DNA of 64,000 nucleotides. It comes from Camelus dromedarius (taxonomy: Eukaryota). The stretch lies in the NCBI RefSeq assembly GCF_036321535.1, contig NC_087447.1, positions 48,052,001 through 48,116,000 on the forward strand. The letters are read 5' to 3'. The notes under the pieces are model-generated. The model did not search any database. It had not been told where the DNA came from and saw only the letters and a list, made by a program, of their open reading frames with translations. How positions within the stretch are numbered: position 1 is the first letter of the stretch; every line of letters starts with the position of its first letter. Both the position numbers and the translations under genes were made by a program. This document shows, piece after piece, positions 38,638 through 50,589 of the stretch.

Positions 38638-38676
38638 CACACACACACACACACACACCCCACAAGCACACACACA
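38600..38676. repeat. Interrupted (AC)n microsatellite inside L1 ORF2
   Basis: CA run with a few interruptions, at the L1 position that normally reads TATATACA. Confidence 0.95.
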
Positions 38677-39477
38677 TCCCACATCTTTATTCACTCGTCG
38701 ATGGACATTTAGGTTGTTTCCATGTCTTGGCTATTGTAAATAGTGCTCCTGTGAACACTGTGGTGCATGTGTCTTTTTGAATTATAGTTTTCTCTGGATA
38801 TATGCCCTGGAGTGGGATTGTTGGATCATATGGTAAGTCTATTTTTAGTTTTTTAAGGAACCTCCATACTATCTTCCACAGTGGCTGTACCAATTTACAT
38901 TCCCAACAGTGTAAGAGGGTTCCTTTTTCTCCACACCCTTTTCAGCATTTATTATTTGTAGACTTTTTAATGATGGCCATTCTGACTCGTGTGAGGTGAT
39001 ACCTCATTGAAGTTCAGATTTGCATTTCTCTAATAATTCACAAAACTGAGTATCTTTTCACGTGCCTAATGGCTATCTAGATGTCTTCTTTGGAGAAATG
39101 TCTATTTAGGTCTACTGACTTTTTTTTTTCCTTTTGGTTTGGTTGTTTTTTTTTTTTTTTTTTAACATTAAGCTGTATGAGCTGCTCGTATATTTTGGAA
39201 ATTAGTCCCTTGTCAGTCACATCATTTGCAAATACTGTCTCCCATTCTGTAAGTTGTCTTTTCATTTTGTTGATGGTATCCTTAGCTGTGCAAAAGCTTT
39301 TAAGTTTAATTAGGCCATATTTGTTTATTTTTGCTTTTATTTCCACTATTCTAGGAGCTGGTTCAAAAAAAAAATTGCTGCAATTTATGTCAAAGAGTGT
39401 TTTGCTTGTGTCTTCCTCTAGGAATCTCTCTAGTATCCGTTCTTACATTTAGGTCTTTAATCCACTTTCAGTTCATT

Positions 39478-39636
39478 ATTTTTTTTTAATATTTTATTTA
39501 TTTTGTATTATTTAATTATTTTATTTTGGTTGGGGTTGGTAATTCAGTTTGCTTATTTTTAGAGGAGGTACTGGGGATTGAACCCAGGAGCTTGTGCATT
39601 CTGAGCATGTACTCTACCACTTGAGCTATACCCTCC
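39478..39636 (-). mobile_element. Vic-1-type SINE nested in L1
   Basis: gaggtactggggattgaacccagg...ctctaccacttgagctataccctccc. TSD at 39462-39477 and 39637-39652 (2 mismatches). Confidence 0.93.
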
Positions 39637-42389
39637 CCACTTTTAGTTTATTTTTGTATATGGTGTGAGAGAATGTTCTAATTTCATTCTTTGACATGTA
39701 TCTGTCCAGTTTTCCTAGCACCACTTATTGAAGAGACTGTTTTTTCTCCATTGTATATTCTTGCCTCTTTTGTTGTAGATTAATTCACCTTAAGTGCGTG
39801 GGTTTATTTCTGGACTTTCTGTTCTGTTCCATTGATCTACATGTCTGTTTTTGTGCCAGTACCATACTGTTTTGATTACTGTAGATTTGTAGTATGGACC
39901 CTAGACTATATTTAATTCTCCATGTTTCTTTGTAAAAAATATCTTAGTCTTTCCAGAATTTTAATCTGTTCCTTAAAAGGAATTCCTGATTAAACAAAAG
40001 TGGCAAGAGGCTCACATTCAGCCAAACTTAACTGAGCACCTACTATGTTTCTGAATTCGATTTTTTTCATAGGCAGTTTTTCATTTAATCCTGAAAAAGA
40101 ATTCTTTGACTTAAGTATTACTGGCTGCCACCCTTCGTCTTTTTTTTTTTTTTTTAGCTACCAAGTAAAGTGAGAATCATTCAGTTAAAGTAACCTGCAA
40201 AGATCTCACAATTAAAAAGCAAAGTAAAAAAGTAGAGAAACCAAGATTCAAACTCTGACCTCCTATTAACCTCTCTGAACTTCAATTTCCTCATCTGCAA
40301 AAGAAAAATATTACCTATCTTCAAGGGTTGATATAGGAACTACATGCAAAACACTCAGATCAGTGGCTGCTCCTTAATAAATATTATTTTTCCTTTCTTC
40401 TTTCATGCTTGAAATGTCTAGTTTGTTGGCTTATTCCAAACAAACAGCAATTTTTAAAGTTTACACTATATTTTACTTAGCTACCATAATAAACTGGTTT
40501 TGTCCTGGTCCTCACAAGGATGTTCATAGCAAGATGTGACCCTGGGATATTTCAAGAGCACTTCCAGCTTACCTAGCAGCTGGGATGCTTGCAGCAGAGT
40601 TTTTTCTGCTCAGAAACTTGCATAAGGACTACTTCCTCTCCTCTGTTCTCCCTTAGACAGACACATATGCAGGTGGAATTTTTTTTTTTACAAGCCATAA
40701 TTAACTTAATTAACATAAAGTGACAGAAATAGGAAAAGCCACAGTGTTCTAGCCAGGCAGCCGGCTGCAGGGGAAGCAAGAATTCTCTGGCTGGCAAAGT
40801 GAAAGGAGAAGTAAGCGTCTACTATAGAGAAAGGAGTCATTGCTATGTGGTGGGAACCAGGGAATGTCTAAAATGGATGGTCAGCACCACCCAATGGAGC
40901 CTGCATCCCTAGTCCCCAGGGTGGGTCAGGTGGCCCTGATTTATCAAACAAGAACTTAAGCCAGATGAAAGTCTGATTATGAGCTCCTTAAGGGCAGAAA
41001 TTGTAACTTACATCTAGATCCCCAGGGCATAGAACCTGGCACAGAGAAGCCCTCATATTTGAATATATAAATGAATGCATAAACAAATAAAGACAGATTG
41101 AAAGGATTCACTATCTTTTCCACAATGTACTAGTACTATATAAAAAGGAGAGTTCGTTAAGCATCCATGATGCAATCTATAATTCCTCAAAAATAGCCAC
41201 ACACACAAAAGCGTAGTGCATCTGCAGGCTATCTCCCCAAGAGTTCTAGACAACCCACAACTTCTTCTGAAAAGAAGAAAAAAAAAGGTAGCAAATCCCA
41301 AGTAAAACCTCCAAAACAGCTCCTAACTACCTTCGGAATAAAGTCTATACACCTTAATTAGCATGTAATTTTTGTGGTAAATTGGCTCTTGTCTTTCTTT
41401 CCAAATACACCTTTTTAATAACTATGAGTACCTGCCAAACATGAAGCCCACTGTCCCTTTAATATGCCCTGCAATCCTGCTCCAGTAACTTTGTTGCCAC
41501 AGTTCCCACAAGACTCATCACCATCAAAATTTAGTTTACCTTAATTTCATCCATACTTCATGGAACAACTCAGATCCCATCTATTTTTACAAAATCTGTT
41601 ATAACTGTCCCAGACTACAGTGTTCATTTCCTTTCCTGACTTAAGGTAGTACTGTCCATAGCACTCATCCTACATTCAACAATACCATGTTGTTATTTTT
41701 ATACAGAGAGCATACATCCACATTCAGATTAATACAAAGTATAGTGTGTTCCTCCAACCTATAACTCTGATAACAGCAAGAACATACCTGTTACTCTATT
41801 GCCGGTAGCTAGAAAACTAGCCTATATCTAGTAAGTGCTGCTTGTTCATGCAAAAGTTGAACATTTTCCCCCCATTTTGCAGTGCAAGTGCCAATATAAA
41901 TTATTATTATATAATAAAAGAATTATCAATCTACCAGCTTCCTCATCAATTTTTATATAGTAAGTGCTCTAATAATAATGACCAGAAACATTTATAAATT
42001 TCTATTTCCAAATTTCTTTCTGAATCAAAGATGAGTCTACATTGTGTACAGTGAGGTTATAAGAGTAACTATGTTTTACTACGTCTTGATTCTTGGAAAA
42101 CTGGTAACCTATGACTACTCCAAGACAGTGATTAACTGTTTAACCTAGCATGTGACAATCAGGTATACTCATTCATCTTTTAAGACTCATAAAGGTATGG
42201 AACTTTTCTTGAACCTCTCTCCTCACTCCCAGAATTGACTAATCCACTTCTTCTTTTGGGTCCCACTTTATCCCAGATATATCTGACCCAATCTCAGATA
42301 GAATCCTAGATATATTTCTATCATAGCATCTATTACATACACTTAATTATACTTCCTTATTTACATGTCTGTCTACTGATTTGCCCCTC

Positions 42390-42592
42390 TAGTTGTGTGC
42401 TTTTCCATACATTAGCCACACGTACCTTCTTGAATTCAAACATATCTTAACTAAACCTAAATAAAATTTAAAATTCAGTTCCTCGGGGTCACTAGCTACA
42501 TTTCAAGCACATATGGCTGGTGACCACCACACTGGACAACCCAGATACAGAATATTTCCATCACTGCAGAAAGTTCAATTGGACAGGGCTGT
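42390..42592. mobile_element. MER3/MER33-like hAT-Charlie DNA transposon fossil
   Basis: aaaattcagttcctc...tcactagctacatttcaag...atatggctggtg; agaatatttccatcactgcagaaagttcaattggacagggctg. Confidence 0.8.
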
Positions 42593-44644
42593 GTCTAAAC
42601 TGTGAGTATTTTCTGAGGAACACAGTCTCGTGGGCCATGTGGCAGGAGCTATGCCTAACTCATTTCTATATTACAGTACCTAGTACTCCTTAAATCCCCA
42701 GTAAATATCTCTTGAGAATGACACTGGGTAACAGAGTTTGTTCCACCTTTCTTATTATCACATACCATTAGAGTCTTTGCTCCATAATTTTAATGTCCCT
42801 TATAGGCTAGAATCAGTGTAATAACCCACCAACGCAACTTGTGAAAACAGGTAGGAACCACAATAGTTAGAGGTAATGAGGAAGCCTTTGTTCAGTTCCT
42901 CTCCCCAAACCAAAATTCCACTATTTAATGTGTAAGACTTGATGAAGAAGAGAGCTTATTTCCTGTTTCATTTTTGGCATATAATTAAACCACAGTTGAT
43001 TCTAAAAGAAATTTATTTCAAATACTGGGACAGTCTCACAACTCAGCATAAATAAAAACAGAGAGACACTGTTCAAAATTTATCACACTTTTGGGGACTC
43101 TAATTAATACAGCCTCATCATATGAAAATATAAAGTATATTTACATTAAATATATTCTGTTTGTATTAAATATGTAATTATATTAAAAATAGTCATTTGG
43201 CATATATTTTCTGAAGATCTATTAAGGGCTAGGGGCTAAAGAAAGAGAACTAAATAAGTTCTAGTGGAAGACAGAAATTTAAGTAGGGATAATACTAAGT
43301 GCTAAGTGCTGTATTACAAGGGGAAGTACCAGGAACTATGACAAACACAAATGAGAAGCTCAGAATCCAGTGGTGCAATGTGGCAAAGGGTGGGGGAGCC
43401 ACAAGGAAGGCTGCCCAGAAATGAGCCCACGCTACATTTTGAAAGGTAATTAAGAGACTGGGAGATTAGAAAAGGGTGAGAGGGTGTCACAAATATAAAT
43501 AATGGCACCAACAAAGGTATAAGAACTTGACTTGGACAGTAAATGTCAAAGAGTACAGGTTGGCTGAATCAACATGAGAAAGACAATTTGAGGCTAATGA
43601 GGCAGGCAGAAGTCAAATCATGAAAAAGCTTTTGCAAGCTAAACTAAAGGGTTTGAATTTTATCCACAAACTGATGGGAAACCTCTGAAGGTTTTAAAGC
43701 AAGAAAGAGGAGTGAAATCTACATTTAACAAAGCTCACAGAGCGGCAGTACGGAGGATGATTTGGGGGAGGTGAAACAGAAACAAGGACATCAGTCAGGA
43801 AGTTGCTGCAAAAAGTGAAGAATATATTTTACCACAACTTGAAAAAAAAAAAGGCAAAAAAAAAAGTGATAAGACAGGACCTATCTGATGCAAAGTTTCA
43901 AACACAACCTATTTTAAATGAGTCTCTCTCCATTAGTCTATGTCTCTCAAAGCTATATAACACTACGATTCAATGATACAGCATAACTACAAAAGCAACT
44001 GTTAAAGTCCATTTCATAAACTCTAAAAAATTACAGTCTTTTTATTCAACAGCCATTCTGGACTTCAAATTAAAACACATTTTTCTCTTTTCTACCACAC
44101 ACAATCTTGGAAAACCATTTCAGCCAGCTGAGCACATCTGTGCACTGCGCAACAAGTATAAACAATTTAACAGGAGTTTAATGAAACATTTCCTATTCTT
44201 CATTGGAGGAAAAAAAATTAGGAAATTCTAACATGGCAACATCAGGTTGCAAATTAACATTTTTTTAATTAGTTTTTTTTTCATATGAACATACCAATTT
44301 AAAATCCCGTCTGGTTACATGGTGCAGCTGTCCTGAATGAATATAGCATTTTCAGTTATTAGACACTTGGCTAAAGCATTCAGAACTGCCATGTGCCATC
44401 AACAGCAAGAGCCACAAGTACAGTACTTAGGAAGTACCTACATACTCATGCTGGTATGAAAGGATTACTAAGTCTGTCCTGGAGAGGAGGGGACATATAA
44501 CGAAATGGGAGACACAATCTCACAATTTAAAGAAACCATCTTTCAGTTCACCTCCAATTCTCTTAAAAGGCAAAGGATGTCTTGGATCCCACAGTTCTTT
44601 TTTAGCCTACAGTTTTACCTCTCCTCCTGCCTTGTACCAACAAA

Positions 44645-45020
44645 CTTAAGAACTAAGGCTTTGGAACTGGACTAAAACTGGGTTTGATTCCAACTATACC
44701 TCTTACAAACAGTACAAATTTAACATGTTTCTTAATCTTCCTGAGACTCTCTTCCTCATGTATAAAATGAAATACCCAACTTTGCAGAGTTGTGGTGAGG
44801 ATAAAAGAAGATATACATAAAACATCTATAGAACACCTGGCTCATATGGGTATTCACTAAATGGTAATATTTTTACACTCTTCTTTGTACCTCACTATAA
44901 TTTGTATATAACAATAATTATCCACTTACCTTAAAAGTTTATATGAGGATTAAATGAATTAATATAGCTAAAGGGCTTAAAACAGTGCCTGGCACATAAC
45001 AGGCAATCATAAAGTGTTAG
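44645..45020 (+). mobile_element. Two tandem MIR fragments
   Basis: ggctttggaa...ttcctcatgtataaaatga...ttgtggtgaggat and gaggattaaatgaattaata...cttaaaacagtgcctggcacata. Confidence 0.75.
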
Positions 45021-45834
45021 TTGCTGTTGTTGTTACTACCAAAACTGAATTACAATTTATTTGCTGTCTTCCTCCCCATCTAATACTTAGTATAAAACCT
45101 CAATAAATACATGTTGGCCAGTTCAATAAATAATGGATGACTGGTTGAATGAATGAACTGAAGATATCATAGTTCTATGACAAGAGAGACATCTCTCTGA
45201 ATTTATCACACAATCTTCATACGGCGACCCTTCAGTAAGATTGTTTTGTTTTATAAATTGATTAATCCTACCAAGCCTGTGTGGTAAGTAGGGAAAGTAT
45301 TCTTGTAGGTCTGTTTCACAGATAAGAAAGAGTCCCAGAGAGATTAAGGGTTAAGATCACTCAACTAGGATAGAAACTTAGAATTCCTTTTGGTCTCTTA
45401 GAAACTAGTTCTAAACTATCTTCTACTAGGGCTTGCACTCTCTGCATATGTATGAGATTGGTCAAGTTCTTCCATACTCTGTGGTTGCAAGAAGATACCC
45501 CGAGTCAGAATACACTTTCAATTAATGATGGAAGGGTGAGAAGGAACATGACCAAATAAGGAGAAAGTCAATGTCTGATTTTACTTGACCTACAGAGTTT
45601 TACCTGTAGATAGAGATAGCAAGTAAATCTAAAACTAACAGGAGAATAAAACCCTAACTATGAACAAATAAGAATAGAGGACACTTAGAGGGTCAAATAT
45701 GAAAGGTGGTATGGGGGTTACAGGTACTCATTTCCTCTGTTGAAAGCATGACTAGGGACAGTCTTTCTGGGGTGTATTTACGCCTTCATTTAACAAATAA
45801 TTACTGAGTCCCTGGAATGAACTAGGAGAACAAC

Positions 45835-46200
45835 TTGACAGTACATAGCAAGAGCCTTAAAAAAATTTATGCCTTTATCCCAATTACTGTATTTCTAAAT
45901 TTTTATCTGAATAAAGCTATCAAAAAATAAAGACCACAATTTACAAAGATACTTATCACCGTGTTATAATACCCAAAAATGGAAAGTAACCTAAATGTCC
46001 AACAATAAGGTTATGAGTAAATAAATCATATCATGCAATGCAATAGTATACATTCATTAAAACTGATGCTGAACAAAATCATTTAACTGAAACTGGAAAA
46101 TACTTATAAATCTAATGTTAAATTAAAAAGCATTCCACAAAATTATATATATAGTATGATCTTTATAAAGTAGGAAAAAACTTTATTTTTAATGCTGAAA
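45835..46200 (+). mobile_element. Decayed L1ME 3' fragment
   Basis: aacctaaatgtccaacaataagg...aaataaa; tatagtatgatc. Confidence 0.6.
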
Positions 46201-47194
46201 ATTTTAGAAGTTAATTTCTGCATGGTGGGATATAGGGAGAACAGGATATAGGGAGACATTGCCAAGTTTTCAAATTTTACATAATAGGTATTTTTCAAAA
46301 AACCACAGGGTGGAGATTTACAGAAGAAAAGTAAGAATATTAAATACTATCAGAATTGATCAAGATGTCTAGAATCTCTGCTAGATGAGAAGAATGTAAA
46401 AGGCATATTATTTCTGTACAAAAGGATTATGTTAATCCTAATGAGAACTGACACAAATACATGAGTGAAACACAATGGGCAAGCAATAAAGAGGAAATCC
46501 AATCATATTCCCAGGTCACTTTCATTCTAGAATGTCATTAGTAGAGCCAAGTTCAATGATTGAGGTGAGGAATGAAGCTTGATGACTGAAGAAGATGGCA
46601 GAAATCCAGCTAATACCTAGTGCTAAAATCTGTGAGTTCCTTGAGAGCATGGAATCCATCAATTACCATACAGTGTTTTAAAGACCATGGTGGAAGCCAG
46701 CAGCAAGAATGTGGCAAAATAGTCTAAAGAGGGTCCAGAAAGGCTTTGTGGAAGATGACTAATTTAGAGGAGAAAGCAGTGAACCTGGAGAAAGGGGAGA
46801 AAGGTATTCTAAGAAAAAAGGGACAGCCCAGAGAATAAAAATAATTTAACATGTCTGGGGAAATGACATTCATTTCAGTCCTATTAGTATACAAAGTGCA
46901 AGGCAGGCAGTGGTGAAAGAGGTGGTTGCAGAAGTCATCAGGGGCCTGTCCCAAAGGACCAAGCAGCCACACATGGACCAATGAACAAGGGCACCAGCCC
47001 AGGAGGAGCTCACTCCACTAGAAGAGACAGTTAAGCAGCATTATGGTAAAGATAAGTAAAGGGTGGTTAGCACAGGAAGGAACAACCAATTCAGCCTAGG
47101 GACTCATACAAGGTCTCTGAGAAAAGATGCCGAAGTTGAGACACAAAAGAAGAAGGGGTCTAAAAGCAAGGACATTTAAGATAGTAGCACACTA

Positions 47195-47751
47195 CACCTG
47201 CACACCAATGTTCATAGCAGCACTATTTACAATATCCAAGACATGGAAACAGCCTAAATGTCCATCAACAGATGACTGGATAAAGAAGATGTGGTATGTT
47301 TATACAATGGAATACTATTTAGCCATAAAAACCGACAACATAATGCCATTTGCAGCAACATGGATGTTCCTGGAGAATGTCATTCTAAGTGAAGTAAGCC
47401 AGAAAGAGAAAGAAAAATACCATATGAGATCGCTCATACGTGGAATCTAAAAAAAAAAACAAAAACACAAACAGACTCATAGACATAGAATACAAACTTG
47501 TGGTTGCCAAGGGGGTAGGGGGTGGGAAGGGACAAACTGGGATTTCAAAATGTAGAATAGATAAACAAGATTATACTGTATAGCACAGGGAAATATATAC
47601 AAGATCTTGTGGTAGCTCACAGCGAAAAAAAAATGTGGCAATGAATACATGTATGTTCACGTATAACTGAAAAATTGTGCTCTACACTGGAATTTGACAC
47701 AACATTGTAAATTGACTATAACTCAATAAAAAAAAGTTAAAAAAAAAAAAA
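47195..47751 (+). mobile_element. Young 5'-truncated LINE-1, closely similar to 324-1117
   Basis: ORF2 C-terminus [39 protein letters not shown] and A-tail. Perfect 17-bp TSD AAGATAGTAGCACACTA at 47178-47194 and 47752-47768, at a TTT/AAG endonuclease-type site. Confidence 0.97.
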
Positions 47752-48004
47752 AAGATAGTAGCACACTATTGATACAAACTCTGGTCTGACACAAACTCTG
47801 TGAATCAAAGCACCAGTCCCTGCAAAGCTTCCAAAGAAGGAACCATTCTCATCAGCAGAATGTAAGCTCCAAAAACTTCACCTGTCTTGCTCACTGCCAT
47901 GTCTCCAATACTAAAAATATTGAGCACAAAGAAGGTGCTCTATAAATATCTGTGAAGAAAAAAGAAAAAGGGGGAGAGGACTTGCTGTTATATTAAAAAG
48001 CAAA

Positions 48005-48480
48005 GCCAAAAGCTAGAAGCAATCTAAGTGTTCACTGACAGATGAATGGATTTTAATGGTATATACATACAATGGAATATTATTCAGCCTTAAAAAGGAA
48101 GGAAATTCTGACACATGCTACAACATGGATGAATCTTGAAGACCTTATGCTAAGTAAAAGCCAGTCACAAAAGGACAAGAACTGCATGATTCCCCTTGTA
48201 AGAGGTACTTGGAGTAGTCAAATTCACAGTGACAGAAAGTAGAAGAGTGGTTGCTGAGGGCTGGAAGGAGAGGGAAATGGGGAGTTACTGTTTAACGAGT
48301 TTCAGTTATGTAACGTGAAAAAAGTTCTGGAGATAGATGGTGGGATGGGTGGGATGACTGCACAACAATGTGAAAGTACTTAAGGTCACCGAACTGTACA
48401 CTTTAAAATGGTTAAAACAGTGTATTTTATATTAGTATACATTTTAACCACAATTTTTCAAAATTTACAAAAAGCAAAAA
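48005..48480 (+). mobile_element. Old L1MB-type 3' fragment
   Basis: caatggaatattattcagccttaaaaaggaaggaaattctgacacatgctacaacatggatgaa...gaactgtacactttaaaatggttaaaa. Confidence 0.9.
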
Positions 48481-49744
48481 AAAATTACTTAAAAGAAAAC
48501 AATGGGAAAAATTTAAAAAATGGAAAAAAGGATAAAGAAGTATGAGAATAACTCTTTAAGACTAAGGCCAACTCTTAGGAGCTTGGAGCCAAAGGCAAAT
48601 AGCAATGTCTCCTCCATCCCTCCCTTCAACTTCCATTTCCATCTACATCCAATTTAGTAATTTTACATGCAACTGACTCCCAATTAAAACAAATACTAAG
48701 CATAGAACCCCCAAGGGATCACAAACAAGCAAATCCATGAGTAATATGAGAGATGTGTTATGAAAACACAATCTCACTGATTTAACCTCGTTTTTGTTAG
48801 TACAGCAAAACTATCATTTACTTGAACACCTAATATGCATGGGGCCCTATGGTTGGAGCTTTATAAACGTTACCTCTAATCATAATAGTAACCCTGAAAG
48901 GTAAATGTTACAATTCTATTTTCATACTAACTCATCTAGGATGGTAACAGACACAAATGGTAAAGTTGAAATTTGAAACTAGGTCTATGTTTCCAAAACC
49001 CTTGAGGAGTGATCAATCATCTCAAAAAAAAAAAAAAGCTAGCTTCTTCCCAACCAGGTACCTCTGTTGTGCTACTACTGGGTCCTAGGCCTGTGAATTG
49101 TCCTCTCCAGCTCTGCTAGAAGTTATCAGCTAGGAGTACTAGATTGAGTCATTATCAAATACTTTTCTAGGTAATCCCCAGTGGCCATTGATGGGGATGC
49201 TCTGGGCACTGAGCCACTGGAGGAAGAAAGACAAGTGGCTCACCACAGGTCTTTCAGCCCCAAAACTGACCAAGAAGGACAGACACTTGGAACAACTGTC
49301 ATCAATGTTTCCTCCAAGGGAGCAAACACTCCAGGGGCACTGCCCAAGATACTACTGTTGCTTAACAATGTTTCACTGATTAATAACCCTCACTCCCTTT
49401 CCTCCCCCAGACCAGCCCTAGAAATCATTACTAGTTTCAATTCCCTCTGGCCAGTTTCCCTCATTCTCTCCCATTCCCCCAACCACCAAGTTCAAGGCTA
49501 ATTTATGTAAGATCTATTTTTCTTCCATATACTTTTCAAAACATCCCAATCCCGAGGCCCATTCCTTTACCTAGCTCTGCTGGGTGATCTACCATCAAAT
49601 GAACCAACTAACATCTCTATAGTTCTCAGACACTTCCAAACACATTAAATAATTTACTCCTACAACAACTCTGAGAGATTGGTATTAGTATCTCCATTTG
49701 ACCAAACCAGTACAGTTTAGTCTAAGTAAATAAGCAGTAGAAAA

Positions 49745-49970
49745 TATACACCAGAAAAAGAGGTCACCTTTCTGTATCTTCTTTCGTTTGTTCATTTAAG
49801 CCAAGAACTTTTCTCAAGTCTCCAGCAGCATTCCCTTCATGTCTCCCTGGCCAAACTGTGGGCACATACCCACTCCTAAATCATTCACTGGCAAGAGGCA
49901 TGGGATTACCATGACCAGGTGACAAACTAATTCCTTGGGGTCGGATGGAAGTTGGCAAACACACAACCAC
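49745..49970 (-). mobile_element. MLT1 (MaLR) LTR fragment
   Basis: ccagcagcattcccttcatgtctccctggccaaactg...cactcctaaatcattcactggcaag resembles antisense MLT1L/K. Confidence 0.55.
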
Positions 49971-50589
49971 CACAGTGCACATCATGTTAAGGATACTGAT
50001 ATGAAACAATGAGAGAAGCAGACTGCCTGCAGACCTACCTTAGTATGTTTTCTTCATGTCATAAGAACCCTGAAGACTCAAGGGGTCAGAAATGCTAACC
50101 CAGGGAAAAGAGAACAGACATTCCACCAGATTCCAGAATCTGGGGAGACTGATCCGGAAGAAGATCTAGAGACTTTATTTTTAGTAACAGTACTATACTA
50201 ATACTAGTTCTAAACTTAAAGCCTGCTATGTAAGCTTTGCTAAGGGACTGCTTCTCCCCAGCCTGCAGTTTCCTCTTCAGTAATGAGACCACCTAGTTAA
50301 GCGTTTTCAAACTGGTCTTCAGAGAACTACAGGTTATGAAAAGGTAGCCAGGACAAGAAGTAAACAGAAGGGGGATACAAAAGAGTAGTGTTATTAAGTC
50401 CCACTTCAACTATTCTAGTTGAAGTGGGACTTCAACTCATTTAATCTCTTTGTATTGAGCCTCAAGTAACATTTGGTGGAAAAAGGATTCTAGTGCTTAA
50501 AAAGATGTTTTTTTAATTCACTCAACTAGATGATCAATAACGTTCTTCCAGATTAACATTGTTTTTCAATGAAATAAATTATTAACTAA

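Larger units (their letters stand above)
38147..39897 (-). mobile_element. 5'-truncated LINE-1 with internal (AC)n expansion and nested SINE
   Basis: T-tail and ttattgaagtatagttga terminus at the left. Antisense ORF2 peptides 38478-38684, 38687-38893 and 39077-39346. Degenerate TSD at 38130-38146 and 39898-39914 (14/17). Confidence 0.93.

Noticed and set aside
46228..46256. 13-bp direct repeat GGATATAGGGAGA with 3-nt spacer; similar short duplications at about 58684-58703 and 58737-58777
   Set aside because: Ordinary small tandem duplications with only two units, not arrays.
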